Source: Dehalococcoidia bacterium
Lineage (GTDB): Bacteria > Chloroflexota > Dehalococcoidia > Lucifugimonadales > UBA2985
DNA: 64,000 bases
Direction: 5' to 3'
Assembly: GCA_965204895.1 (NCBI GenBank)
Contig: OZ242025.1
Coordinates: 1,604,864 to 1,668,863 of the forward strand
The notes under the pieces were generated by a model. The model was not told the DNA's origin. It did not search any database and saw nothing but the letters and a program-made list of their open reading frames with translations. Positions within the stretch are counted from its first letter, which is position 1. Every line of letters starts with the position of its first letter. Below are positions 50,003-60,331 of the stretch, in pieces. Both the position numbers and the translations under genes were made by a program.

Positions 50003-50963
50003 AGAAAGGGTCCTGATTACCGGAGCGGCCGGTTTTGCAGGCTCCTCCCTAGCAAGACATCTGCTCAGCTTGGGCTATAGTGTGACAGGGCTTGATATCA
50101 CCGCACCGAATCATGCCGGACTCTTGCAAAGCGAATTCTCCCATCCCAGCTTTAGCTATATTTGGAAGAGCGTTCAGGACATCCGCCCTTCAGACGTGGC
50201 CGGACATTCTGTTGTGGCTCACTTGGCAGCGCAACCCGACACCCCTATGGCATTTGACTCGCCCCGGTACACCGTGTCGCAGAATGTCATGGGTACTGTG
50301 GAGCTCCTGGAGGCAGTGCGTCTGGCAGGTGGCGTGTCCAAGCTGTTGTTCGCTGCTTCCGGCAATGAACTGGGCCGGCCCCTATATCTGCCCATGGATG
50401 AGGATCATCCCCTTACCCCACACAATCCCTACGGCTATTCCAAAGCCGCCGCTGAACTCGCCGTCTGGGCCTGGCACAGGGCATACGGTGTGCCTTCGGT
50501 AGTGCTGTCAACGGGCGTGGTGGCCGGTCCGAATATGAGACGTGAAGTCTTCATATTCAAGTGGCTGTGGCGGGCGCTGCATGGCGAACCCATTGTCGTC
50601 GAGGGTGGCAAACAGACTCGGGACCTCACCTACATTGACGACGTGGTGGAGGCTTGGACCATTGCGATAGAGGCATCCAACGAAAGCGTGGTTGGGCAGA
50701 AGATTTACGTGGGTTATGGAGAGGAACGCTCCATAGAAGAACTCGCCGAGATGTGCCAGGCCGTTACCTGCTCAGAGTTACCCATCGAATACACAAACTA
50801 CCGTCCTGGTGAGGAGGGCCAGCGAGAGGCCTTCAGCACGGAAAAGGCTAAGAAGGTGCTGGGGTACACCCCCAAGGTGGCGCCCAGAGAGACAATCGCG
50901 CTAACGGCTGAGTGGGTGAGAGGCCTGCTGCAAGCCCCTCCAAGCGAAGTGAAGTTTCTCTGA
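49995..50963 (+). CDS. NAD-dependent nucleotide-sugar epimerase/dehydratase (extended SDR)
   Basis: TGAAGFAG, HLAA, YGYSK, RDLTYIDD. Confidence 0.92.
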   Translation: MREERVLITGAAGFAGSSLARHLLSLGYSVTGLDITAPNHAGLLQSEFSHPSFSYIWKSVQDIRPSDVAGHSVVAHLAAQPDTPMAFDSPRYTVSQNVMGTVELLEAVRLAGGVSKLLFAASGNELGRPLYLPMDEDHPLTPHNPYGYSKAAAELAVWAWHRAYGVPSVVLSTGVVAGPNMRREVFIFKWLWRALHGEPIVVEGGKQTRDLTYIDDVVEAWTIAIEASNESVVGQKIYVGYGEERSIEELAEMCQAVTCSELPIEYTNYRPGEEGQREAFSTEKAKKVLGYTPKVAPRETIALTAEWVRGLLQAPPSEVKFL

Positions 50964-51572
50964 GCTTCGCCACATAATCATCCCGTCCAGGTATCCCGGC
51001 CAATAGATTTCGTCTACCGATAGACCGTACAAATAAGCGACGAGGACAGCCAGTATGGCGTCGTGAGTGACGTAGACGTTGAGGCGACCGCTATTCCCAA
51101 GTTCCTTTGCCGTCAAATCCAGCAGGAGGCCCACGCCATCCGACGTTGCTCTCATTCCAGTAGGAGGCTTAACATCACTGATCTGTCGTCTTGCTATTTC
51201 CAGGATGCCCGTTTCAAGGAATAGCGCTCCGCTGGTCTCCGTGTCTACTACAAAGGGGCCAGGGTCTCCCAGCCGCCAGTCCAGGGCGGCTTCTCTGCCA
51301 AAGCCGCCACCACGAAGAATTGCCTTTGCGGTCTCAACGCACCGGGGCACCGGGCTGGTGATAACCCCAACTTCCGGCCTTATGTTGCGCAGCATGGCCC
51401 CGAGCCTCTCAGCAGATGAGATACCCTGAGTGGTCAGCGAGACATCGACGCCGAACGACCCTGGAGGGATATCCTCTCTTTCGGCGTGCCTTACAATTAG
51501 GGCTACGTCTGTTTCACTGGGTAGAGAGTCCAGTCTATCCCAAATAGATTCCAGAGCCTGGGGTGTGGTCAA
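50901..51572 (-). CDS. Histidine phosphatase family protein
   Basis: VRHAER, SPVPRCVETA, VTHD. Confidence 0.85.
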   Translation of the reverse strand: MTTPQALESIWDRLDSLPSETDVALIVRHAEREDIPPGSFGVDVSLTTQGISSAERLGAMLRNIRPEVGVITSPVPRCVETAKAILRGGGFGREAALDWRLGDPGPFVVDTETSGALFLETGILEIARRQISDVKPPTGMRATSDGVGLLLDLTAKELGNSGRLNVYVTHDAILAVLVAYLYGLSVDEIYWPGYLDGMIMWRSSEKLHFAWRGLQQASHPLSR

Positions 51573-53260
51573 ACCGCCCTTGCCCGAATCACGGAATTGA
51601 TCGAATTGGTAGGAATGACCTCCACCATCTGAAAGCAGGCTTCTTCCAGCAGGCTACCAAGCTGGCCCTCCGTGCGCTCGGCTCCCCCGGTCACCACCAG
51701 CATATTCAAGTCCAGCAGGCCTCCCGCGCCGATGTCGTAGTCTTGCAGCATCTCCACAACGTACAGCGTTGCGTTTTCCGGCATCGCCGCTCTGGCTCGC
51801 TTGAGAATGCGCGCCGCGTCCGCATCCGGCCAGTCGTGCAACACTCTGGCCAGAATGACTGCCTCTGAACCCACGGGCCAGTCTTCGAACAGGTCGCCGG
51901 ATACGAACCGGCATCGTCCTTGAAGATATTCCGGCGCCTGCAGACCGCTGACCACCTCCGGGCGATCCATCACTGTTGCCGTAAGCTCCTTGCAGGCTCG
52001 TAGCAGGGCAAATGTAAGTTCTCCGGTTCCGCCACCCGCGTCCAGGATGTGTCCGTGTCTACTGAAATCGTGGGCCTCTGCTAGCGACTGATAGTCGTGC
52101 CTGGCGTACGCCGCATAGGCCCTTTGGCAGGCTGCCAACTGCTCCGGCGATTCCTGGATGCGGTCAAAGAAGTTCTTGCCAAACAGCTTGCTGAAGGCGG
52201 AATGTCCCGTGCGAAGAGAATATACTGCCTCAGACCACGCTGCGTAGGTCTCGCCGCCCCAGAGCCACGCAGCATCCGCCAGCGAAAACGGGTGATCCCT
52301 CTCCAGAAGGTAGCCTTTGCTGGTGGGATGGTAAATGCCCCCCTCATCGCGCCATACCAAGTCGAGCTCGCTGAGAGCGCGCATCAGCCGAATGCCCAAT
52401 GAGTGCGCCAGGCGCAGGGAAGTCTCAATGTCCTGTGCGGTTGCAGGCAACATCTCAAACACACCGACGTCGACGGCGGCGCGAATGGCCTGGGTTCTCC
52501 ACATGCCCACCATGTCTGAGGAGAGTTCCTCAAGGGGTGAGCGCAACGCTTGCCTCAACTCCAACAAGGTCTCTCCGGACTCACCGACAACCGACAGGGA
52601 GCCGTCAAATCCTTCAACCCTTGCCTGTCCGTTGTAGAACGGCTCAACGTTGCTGAAACGTGCGCCGTAAAGCGGCTTACCAAGGTGGTCGACGTGATGC
52701 CAGCCGCCCTCGTCTCGGGCGCGGGCGTAGCTCTTGTGAAACACGTCCAGGTCCAGGAACCAACGCCCGTGTAGCAAAGCGCCGTTCCGGTCGACGTGGG
52801 TATGGCGACCGTCGTCCCGCTGTACAACGGCGAAGCCATCTTTGAAATCGCCCGCGTAGCGGAAGCGTTCCGAGTACGCCGGAGCGCCATCTTTCCCTAT
52901 GTGTGAGTAGCTATTGTCTGATAGCCGAACTGGACAGCGTCCCTCCTGGAAATTGCCGCACCAGACATACCGGTCTGAGTAAACTTCTCTGCCGTCCGGG
53001 AGGATGTGAAACCACCCATCCGAGGAATGCACTGCGGCGAGTCCCTCATAGAAACCAAATGTCCGGATAAAGCGCGATTGGTATGCAGGCTGTCCATCGG
53101 GAGTGATGTGGTAGGCGCCTGAGTTGTCAATTACCGGGGCTAGTCCTGGTGCATGGAATTTCAATACCTCCAGGAACCTGGCAGTGTAGGCTGCGCTCCC
53201 ATCATGGACGTGATGGGAGCCGTCCGCCGATACGCTGTAGCTTCGCCAGTCCGAAGTCAC
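51569..53260 (-). CDS. WG-repeat domain fused to a class I SAM O-methyltransferase
   Basis: Repeats FYEGLAAV/FQEGRCPV/FKDGFAVV/FYNGQARV; LDAGGGTG, GDLF, RVLHDWPD; GTGA coupling to the upstream gene. Confidence 0.85.
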   Translation of the reverse strand: MTSDWRSYSVSADGSHHVHDGSAAYTARFLEVLKFHAPGLAPVIDNSGAYHITPDGQPAYQSRFIRTFGFYEGLAAVHSSDGWFHILPDGREVYSDRYVWCGNFQEGRCPVRLSDNSYSHIGKDGAPAYSERFRYAGDFKDGFAVVQRDDGRHTHVDRNGALLHGRWFLDLDVFHKSYARARDEGGWHHVDHLGKPLYGARFSNVEPFYNGQARVEGFDGSLSVVGESGETLLELRQALRSPLEELSSDMVGMWRTQAIRAAVDVGVFEMLPATAQDIETSLRLAHSLGIRLMRALSELDLVWRDEGGIYHPTSKGYLLERDHPFSLADAAWLWGGETYAAWSEAVYSLRTGHSAFSKLFGKNFFDRIQESPEQLAACQRAYAAYARHDYQSLAEAHDFSRHGHILDAGGGTGELTFALLRACKELTATVMDRPEVVSGLQAPEYLQGRCRFVSGDLFEDWPVGSEAVILARVLHDWPDADAARILKRARAAMPENATLYVVEMLQDYDIGAGGLLDLNMLVVTGGAERTEGQLGSLLEEACFQMVEVIPTNSINSVIRARAV

Positions 53261-54330
53261 GGGCCAGTAGGCCTCCTCATGTTGCAGCCCTGGCACAACG
53301 GCTTCTCCAGGTAGCTGGCCTGGAGTTTTCGGTAGGCGGGACTCTGCCAGATGTCGTAGAGGCTGGAGCTGTTCACGTTGCCAAATTCCCCCAGGGTGCG
53401 GCGCAATACGTCTGGGGCGCAACACGGGTTGAACCTCCCGTCGGAGGCAACCCAGGCTTCCTGGCCCAGGAACGGGCACGTCGCTCCCGGGGCTATGTCT
53501 CCCTTGTCTTCCGGGTCCAGCTTGAAGATGTTGTCCAGCAGCACCCTGCCGCCATCGGGCAGCCGGTGGGTTTCGACGGCCTGGAGCGCCGCGTCAACAG
53601 TTGCGTTCCACCTCTCCACGGCGTCTGTGCTCCTGCGCAGCGACAGGTCCTTGATTTGAGAGAAGTTCACCCACAAATGGTGGCCCTTCACTCGATCTAC
53701 CCCCAGTTCAGCTGCCAGCTCTACAACATCCGGCAGCTCAGCGTAGTTGACTTCCATGAAGGTGAGCTGGAAGGTGACCCGACACCGGTTGCCCCCGCGG
53801 GCGGCGTGCTCATCACGGACAGAGATGAAGGTGCGGACGTTTTCGAGAACACTCTCCCATTTTGAGCCCAACATGACCTGCTCCTGGGTGTCCTTGGTGG
53901 AGCCGTTCCAGGAGATTTTGACATCGGAAGCAACCGGTACGATGCGCTCTGCCCACGCCCTTGCGCCGCGGCGGGGGAAGGTCCCGTTGGTGGTAAGGTT
54001 GAGCATTATCCCATATTGTGCACACAGGTCCAGAATCTCATCGAAATCCCGGTACAGCAGGGGTTCACCCATTGTGGACGGGATGATTTCTCGGAGTGGT
54101 GTCCCCTTGGACTCGGCCAGGACCTGGCGGATAAGGTCTACGTCCATTCGGCGCTTGGGCCGGCCTGCGCTAATCCGGTCGGACTGCGTGGCGCTGTACG
54201 GGGAGTGGTCCTCGCACATAATGCAATGCAGATTGCAATCGTCGGGATTGGTGTCGAAGGTAATGCGCCACGGCCCCGGCTTGCCGTCTGAATCGGGATG
54301 GGCCGATAGGCTTTGAACGCTGTAAGTCAT
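53257..54330 (-). CDS. Radical SAM protein with SPASM/twitch domain
   Basis: CNLHCIMC, GEPL, TTNG; C-terminal CPF...DG...CC...GN...CxxC. Confidence 0.92.
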   Translation of the reverse strand: MTYSVQSLSAHPDSDGKPGPWRITFDTNPDDCNLHCIMCEDHSPYSATQSDRISAGRPKRRMDVDLIRQVLAESKGTPLREIIPSTMGEPLLYRDFDEILDLCAQYGIMLNLTTNGTFPRRGARAWAERIVPVASDVKISWNGSTKDTQEQVMLGSKWESVLENVRTFISVRDEHAARGGNRCRVTFQLTFMEVNYAELPDVVELAAELGVDRVKGHHLWVNFSQIKDLSLRRSTDAVERWNATVDAALQAVETHRLPDGGRVLLDNIFKLDPEDKGDIAPGATCPFLGQEAWVASDGRFNPCCAPDVLRRTLGEFGNVNSSSLYDIWQSPAYRKLQASYLEKPLCQGCNMRRPTGP

Positions 54331-55637
54331 CGTGGCCTCCGCGCCGCAATCAGATTCCGGTAGATCTCCTCGACGGCGAGGGCGTGCGATTGCACGTCAG
54401 GCACGTTGCCGTCCGCTGATTGCAGGTATCCTTTGTTGCCAAGCCTCTGGGCAAAGCCGGGATCGTCGGCCAGTCGCTGCATCTCACGTGCGAGCGAATC
54501 GGGGTCCCGGTGGGCAAAGAGCAGCCCGTTCTGTTCATGGTGAACGTATTCGGACATGCCCCCGTAGTCTGCGGTGATCACCGGGACACGAGCCTGTTGC
54601 GCCTCGTGTATCACCAGAGGTGAGTTCTCTGCCCAGATTGACGGGACCACAATGGCGTCGCACCGATTGAACACGTCGGAGACGATGTCCTGGTTCCTGT
54701 ACTCGCCCATCCACTCAATGCGCTCGCCGGCAGAGCCTGGGAGAGAGCCAGCCAGAGACTTCAGGCCTTGAGTTTCGACCCCGCGGTCCCGACCCCAAAT
54801 GCGCAACCTGCACTCGCCGTCAAGCCCACCAAAGGCTTGAATTAGCTGGTCCACTCCCTTCGCCGGAATGTGGGTCCCAATATAACCGAAGGTAAACGGC
54901 TCGCCTGCCACCCGCTGGCGTCCGGCCATCCGCTCTCTGTGGAATCCGTAGTCCAAGTAGACCAGCTTCTCCTCGGGGAGTCCAAACTCGTCCCGGAATC
55001 GTCGAAGAAGATACATGGCCGGGGCTATGAAGGTGTCTACCGCGTCGCAGACTAGCCGCACGTGTTGCATACGACGTCCCACCCAGCGTGTCCAATAGTC
55101 GGCGTCGCTCTCGTATTCGCGGTTGTCACCGGAGAAGTACCTGGCGTAGCAGCGCACCGCGCACTTCCGGTCGTCCTGGCCGTCGCAGACTGCCCAGGGG
55201 TTGGTCTGGTCCTCGGGGTACATCTGAATGAACTGTCCCCTGGGGCACATGAGCCAGTAGTCGTGCAGGGTGAACACGACAGGCACGCCCCGGTCCCGGG
55301 CGGCGAACACCAGAGAGGTCGAGAGGTGGTTGAGGTGCCCCACGTGGACGACGTCCGGTTCAACCTCCCCCAGGATACGAGTGAAGGCGTCATCGACTTG
55401 CTGATGGCGATAGCCGTCCCTGGCCCTTGCCATGTTGACAATGTGCAGGGTGATGCTCGGCTTCAGGGGATCCGTTTCCCTTTGAAAAGAGTATTCAGGG
55501 AGAAAGGAGTTCTCCTGCCTGGTGAATACATGGACTTCGTGGCGCGTTGCCAGAGCATGGGACAGGTTCTGGGTATAGACTTCCGACCCGGCGTTGTAAC
55601 GCATCGGATAGCCGTGGATCACTTGGAGGATTCTCAA
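54327..55637 (-). CDS. GT4-family glycosyltransferase
   Basis: GSEVY, TLHDYW, KGVD, PSIWAENSPLVIHEA. Confidence 0.92.
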   Translation of the reverse strand: MRILQVIHGYPMRYNAGSEVYTQNLSHALATRHEVHVFTRQENSFLPEYSFQRETDPLKPSITLHIVNMARARDGYRHQQVDDAFTRILGEVEPDVVHVGHLNHLSTSLVFAARDRGVPVVFTLHDYWLMCPRGQFIQMYPEDQTNPWAVCDGQDDRKCAVRCYARYFSGDNREYESDADYWTRWVGRRMQHVRLVCDAVDTFIAPAMYLLRRFRDEFGLPEEKLVYLDYGFHRERMAGRQRVAGEPFTFGYIGTHIPAKGVDQLIQAFGGLDGECRLRIWGRDRGVETQGLKSLAGSLPGSAGERIEWMGEYRNQDIVSDVFNRCDAIVVPSIWAENSPLVIHEAQQARVPVITADYGGMSEYVHHEQNGLLFAHRDPDSLAREMQRLADDPGFAQRLGNKGYLQSADGNVPDVQSHALAVEEIYRNLIAARRPR

Positions 55638-55852
55638 TTGGATGCCCCCGCCGTCTTCGTAGGTCTCCCGACTCTACGGCTTGTTGCGTATCATAATCAA
55701 CCCGAGGTAACGGGTCAATCGAACTTACCCATATCCTTTTACGTCTTGTCAGGAGGGTAGGGGAGTCTGAGAATGGTCTACGTTCGGTGATGGTCTATTC
55801 CAAACTCTCCACTTTCTCCTAACTCGGTCAGACCTCATAGAGCCATCACCAA

Positions 55853-55883
55853 CTCAAACGTGGCACTGCTTTCAGTCAGCCTT
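55853..55883. repeat. 31-bp direct repeat, copy 2
   Basis: See 48485-48515. Confidence 0.7.
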
Positions 55884-55981
55884 GGCCCAGCTAAGGCTTG
55901 CCCTGATTTGGTGCGTACTTGCTTTATCCGAGGACTTGCCGGCCGCTATATCGGTAGGCATGTGCCAGGCGCTGTAACCCG

Positions 55982-56443
55982 TTATGACTCCTTTGCTTTA
56001 GGCGCCTCTAACTCCCCTATCCACCGCAAGGTTGCAACTCCTGAGTGCGCCGCTTCGTAGAACCTTCTATCGGCAGTCCACAATTCACAACCGAGGTTCT
56101 CCGCCAGCGCCAAGTAGTGGGCGTCGTAGGCGGCGCCCTGCCTGAGTTGGCTTGCAAGTTGCAGGGCTCTCACGTGGAGGTTTGATGTCTGATGGAGTTC
56201 GAGGCTCGACCCAAGCAGCCGTGCGATCATGCGAGTGCTATCGCCGGCACTCAGTTCCCCGCGCAACACTCGTTGGTGGAGAGCGTTGGCAACCTCAAAG
56301 GGCATGAGGTAAGGGGCTATGCGTGTGACGTCCTGGGCAACCCACGACTGGAGGACGGCGTGTGCCTTGTCCGAGTCATCCTCTTCAACCAGCCACTTCA
56401 GCGCCAGGCTTGCATCGACTACGACGGATCCGCTCACGCCCAT
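55982..56443 (-). CDS. vapC: VapC-family PIN toxin
   Basis: VVDASLALKW...E...AYDAHYLALA...WTAD. Confidence 0.9.
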   Translation of the reverse strand: MGVSGSVVVDASLALKWLVEEDDSDKAHAVLQSWVAQDVTRIAPYLMPFEVANALHQRVLRGELSAGDSTRMIARLLGSSLELHQTSNLHVRALQLASQLRQGAAYDAHYLALAENLGCELWTADRRFYEAAHSGVATLRWIGELEAPKAKES

Positions 56444-56736
56444 GCCTCGATTTCGGCATCCCGGATTTTACGCGCCTCCCTGATCAAGTCGGCGGAACTC
56501 CCGGGAAGAGACTTGCCTCCGAATATCTCCTGCCTGAGCTCTGCAAACATCTCATGGTCTGGTTGGTCAGACCATAGCCCATCCAAGCCACTGGCTTCGT
56601 CCTTTGTCAACTCCCTATCAATGGCGGCTTGGCAGTAGCCACGCATGCTGACGCCTTTGAGCGCGGCGATGACCTTCAGGCGCCGTTGAAAGGCGGGGTC
56701 CAAGTCCAAGGTGAGTCTCTTCTTCTTTGCTTCCAT
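56434..56736 (-). CDS. Cognate antitoxin (ribbon-helix-helix-like)
   Basis: KRLTLDL...LKVIAALKGVSM; C-terminal SADLIREAR; overlaps vapC. Confidence 0.8.
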   Translation of the reverse strand: MEAKKKRLTLDLDPAFQRRLKVIAALKGVSMRGYCQAAIDRELTKDEASGLDGLWSDQPDHEMFAELRQEIFGGKSLPGSSADLIREARKIRDAEIEAWA

Positions 56737-57207
56737 GACCTTCCCTTGCTTAGTGAGCTCTTGTTGGCAACTGAACAGATTCTAGGGCAAACACAGAAAG
56801 TACGTCAATATACCACTTGCACTGCGACGGATATGACTCCTCACTACCAGATATGAGACTGGGTGTTGCTGAACGAAATGAACAGGCAATAACTAGCGGC
56901 CTCTCGGCTCATATGCCATAATTGGTATGGCACGGGTCTGCCTATCCCTAAATCGAGACCTCCCACCAAAGGTTCGCAATTCAGCCTTGGCAGCTCCATC
57001 ACACTCGACAAAATCAAGATTCCTCATACTGAGGTTGTCATTGGATCACTGAATGGGGGTTCCCTTAGCGAAGGGGGTAAACCTCTGATAAACCGCCGGA
57101 CACATGATATACTGATTACGGCTTGGGGTAACCCCATCCGAGATGCCATGGAGCCGTCTTGGCCTTTGGCTGTTACCGTATGTTCTGGTACTGGTAGGAG
57201 CACAAGA

Positions 57208-57867
57208 GTGAAAGAATGCATTCTCTTTGACCATGATGGAGTTTTAGTCGAAACAGAACATTGGTATTACCTAGCAAACAAACGAGCGCTGGCATCTCTC
57301 GGCATTGACCTCCCACTAGACGCATATTTAGTGAATATGGCCAATGGAGTTTCCGCGTGGGAGGCGGCACGAGTTTCAGGAATATCCGAATTTGAAATTA
57401 AACGTGGCCGAGAACTAAGAAACCGATACTACCAGGAATACCTGCTGACCGAAGACATCGAGATCGAGGGTGTCCTGCAAACACTGGCCGAACTCGCAGA
57501 TACGTTCAGGATGGGTATAGTTACTACATCCAAACGAACTGACTTCGCCTTAATCCACGAAAAGCGATCTATTTTAGACTATATGGAATTCTATTTGACT
57601 GAGGAGGATTACGAGCGAGCTAAACCACATCCCGAACCCTATCTGAGAGGGCTCCAACGCCTTGGCGCTACTGCCTCTGAAACAGTAGTTATTGAAGACT
57701 CGGCGAGAGGGTTGAAGTCGGCAATAGCGGCGGGTATTGACTGCATCGTGGTTGCTAACGAGTTCACTGCATCTCACGATTTGTCCAAAGCAACTGCCAA
57801 GGTCGCTTCGTTTAGGGAATTGCCATCTACAATAAGGGGCTTAAAAGGTCTAGCCAGGCGACGCTGA
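57208..57867 (+). CDS. HAD-superfamily hydrolase (IA)
   Basis: FDHDGVLVETE, VTT, KPHPEPY, IEDS; AGGAG RBS; visibly AT-richer than its neighbours. Confidence 0.9.
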   Translation: MKECILFDHDGVLVETEHWYYLANKRALASLGIDLPLDAYLVNMANGVSAWEAARVSGISEFEIKRGRELRNRYYQEYLLTEDIEIEGVLQTLAELADTFRMGIVTTSKRTDFALIHEKRSILDYMEFYLTEEDYERAKPHPEPYLRGLQRLGATASETVVIEDSARGLKSAIAAGIDCIVVANEFTASHDLSKATAKVASFRELPSTIRGLKGLARRR

Positions 57868-57954
57868 AAAGCGCGCGCCTGCTAAAAGCACAAGAATATA
57901 GGGCACATACCACACACCATCATCTCAAAGTTCAGCCTGATATGGAGTCGGATC

Positions 57955-58686
57955 ATGCTTGGACGGACATTCGTAATAGCGCTACTCATTCTCGCGTGCC
58001 TGGCGTGCGCAGAGGGGTCGGAGGAGGTGCGGATGGGAACGGAGGGGGCCTATCCCCCCTACAGCTTCGTCAATGAGGCCGGCGAGGTGGACGGCTTTGA
58101 GCGTGAGCTGGGCGATGAGCTGTGCAGGCGGGCCGACCTGGAATGCGCCTGGGTGACCAACGAATGGGACAGCATCATTCCCAATCTGGTGGCCGGCGAC
58201 TACGACACCATAATGGCCGGGATGAGCATCACCGATGAGCGAGACGAGGTCATAGACTTCACGCAGCCCTACATCCCGCCCATTCCGTCGGTCTACATTG
58301 CCCTGGACGGCGCCGGTGACGAGGCGGTCGACGGCAGGGTGGCCGCCCAGGTGGCCACCATCCACGCCGACTACCTGTCCGAGAGAGGTGCGACCCTGGT
58401 TGAGTACGAGTTGGCCGAGGAGGTGATCCAAGCGGTGCTGAGAGGCGAGGCGGACGCCGCGCTGCTCGACCGCGAGTACGCCCACGAGAGCATGGCCGCG
58501 AACGAGGGCAAGCTGGCCGTCGTCGGCGCAGACGTGGCGCTGGACTCCGGCATCGGGATTGGCGTCCGGGAGGAGGACGGCGAGCTGAAGGAGAAGCTGG
58601 ACCAGGCCATCTCGGCAATGAAGGAGGACGGCTCGCTGAACGCCCTCATCAGGAAGTGGTTCGACGAGGACGCCGCGACCTTCTAG
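57955..58686 (+). CDS. Polar amino-acid ABC substrate-binding lipoprotein (family 3)
   Basis: GTEGAYPPY, GFE, WDSIIPNL, GMSITDER, DFTQPY; no permease gene adjacent. Confidence 0.92.
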   Translation: MLGRTFVIALLILACLACAEGSEEVRMGTEGAYPPYSFVNEAGEVDGFERELGDELCRRADLECAWVTNEWDSIIPNLVAGDYDTIMAGMSITDERDEVIDFTQPYIPPIPSVYIALDGAGDEAVDGRVAAQVATIHADYLSERGATLVEYELAEEVIQAVLRGEADAALLDREYAHESMAANEGKLAVVGADVALDSGIGIGVREEDGELKEKLDQAISAMKEDGSLNALIRKWFDEDAATF

Positions 58687-58694
58687 TGGTCTGA

Positions 58695-58793
58695 ACAAGC
58701 CCAATCCACTCCCGCGAAGCCTGCCCCGTACTCGATATGGGGGCGGGAGTCCATGCCCCGCCATCCCTGGATTCCGGCTTTCGCCGGAATGAC
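58695..58793. repeat. REP-like palindromic element with a nested hairpin
   Basis: CACTCCCGCGAAG[CCTGCCCCGTACTCGATATGGGG]GCGGGAGTCCA...TGGATTCCGGCTTTCGCCGGAATGAC. Confidence 0.75.
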
Positions 58794-58861
58794 GATGAGG
58801 ATGTCCTTGAATGAGATGGTCTCTTTTGCTACTTGTTTAGAGTTTCCCCAGTAGCGTTCGG

Positions 58862-60154
58862 CTAGCGGCGGAGGCGTTCCGGCAGCTTGGGCGGCGCGGA
58901 CAACACGAAGAAGAGCGACCCTATCCCCGTGAGGGCGGCTATGATGACAAAGGGGACGCGGTAGCCGTCGAATATGTCTGCCATGTAGCCCGCGAAGAGC
59001 GGCCCGCCGGTCATGCCCACCATCACTATCAGAGACGAGAACCCCATGATGGTGGCAAAGGCGGCGCGCCCGAAGTAGTCCGCCCGTATCGTGGTCATCA
59101 TTGGCCCGCGCAGGCCCCAGGCCGTCCCGTGCAGCACGGCAAAGACCAGGACCGGCAGGATGGTGGTGGCATAGGCTAGCGTGACCAGGGCTGAGGCGTG
59201 CATCAACATTGCTATGGCGCACAGCATACGTTTGCTGAACCTGTCGCCCAGGAACCCGCCGCCCACCTGCCCAATTATGTTGAACGTTGTCATCACCGAC
59301 ACTGCGCCGGACGCCGCCGTTATGGAAAGTCCCGCGCTCTCGATTATGTGGGGCACCAGGTGCAGGGAGACCGCTCCCACCGTCAGCAGCGCCATTGCGT
59401 GCCCCATGCCCAGCAGCCAGAAGACGGGCGTCCGCATGGCCTCCCTGGCGGTGAAGCCGCCGACGTCGTCTCCATCCGGCGCACCGCCGTCCCCGGAGTA
59501 GTCTCCCGTGGGCACTGTGTCGCCGTCGGGCAGGTAGCCGTACTGCTCCGGCCTCTGTCGGAACAGCTGGGCCAGGGGAAAGCCGAGCAGGATGATGAAG
59601 ACCCCGGAGTAGAAGGCCGTCGGCCTCCAGCCAAGGGTGCTGAGGGACAACGCCACCGCGGGCACAAGCAGCCCGCCGATCCCGAAGCCGCTCATGGCGA
59701 TGCCCATCGCCACGCCGCGACGCCTCTCGAACCAGTTGACCACCGTAGTCGCCACCGTCAGGAACCCCGCCACGCTGGAGCCCAGGGCCATAAGCAGGAA
59801 GGTTACGTAGTAGTCCAGCACGGAGTCCGTGTAGCTGAACATGATGAACCCTGCGCCAAAGAGGAGCATTCCAAGCCTGACCATAATCCGGGGGCCGAAC
59901 CGGTCAATGAGCCAGCCCTGCAGGGGGCCCAGGAGGCCGCTCTCAGCGCGGGACAGGGCAAATGCGCCGGAGAGCATGGCGCGGCTCCAGCCGAACTGTG
60001 CCTGCAATAGGGGGAAGTAGGCGGTGAAGCTGTGGATCATCAGCGACCCGACTATCATCTGGAGAGTGAAGCCGCCGGAGACTATCCACCACCCGTAGAA
60101 GACGCGGGAGGCCCGGCGCTCCTTCCTTCCCGCGCCTAACGATATGTCGGCCAT
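58862..60154 (-). CDS. MFS transporter
   Basis: About 12 TM helices; GWLIDRFGPR and GFLGDRFSKR motif A. Confidence 0.93.
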   Translation of the reverse strand: MADISLGAGRKERRASRVFYGWWIVSGGFTLQMIVGSLMIHSFTAYFPLLQAQFGWSRAMLSGAFALSRAESGLLGPLQGWLIDRFGPRIMVRLGMLLFGAGFIMFSYTDSVLDYYVTFLLMALGSSVAGFLTVATTVVNWFERRRGVAMGIAMSGFGIGGLLVPAVALSLSTLGWRPTAFYSGVFIILLGFPLAQLFRQRPEQYGYLPDGDTVPTGDYSGDGGAPDGDDVGGFTAREAMRTPVFWLLGMGHAMALLTVGAVSLHLVPHIIESAGLSITAASGAVSVMTTFNIIGQVGGGFLGDRFSKRMLCAIAMLMHASALVTLAYATTILPVLVFAVLHGTAWGLRGPMMTTIRADYFGRAAFATIMGFSSLIVMVGMTGGPLFAGYMADIFDGYRVPFVIIAALTGIGSLFFVLSAPPKLPERLRR

Positions 60155-60331
60155 TCAGAGTCCCGTTCCATCATATCCAGAGTATCCTATCACAAGACGG
60201 GGGCTATGGGCACAGGCGCGGAGTTCCGTATTCTCAAAGCGTGCGGGGAATTAAGGTGGATTCCAGGTATGGACAAGAAAGACTCCACCTGCTATCCTCA
60301 CTCTCTGAATGCGGGATGGATTGAGGTCTTA

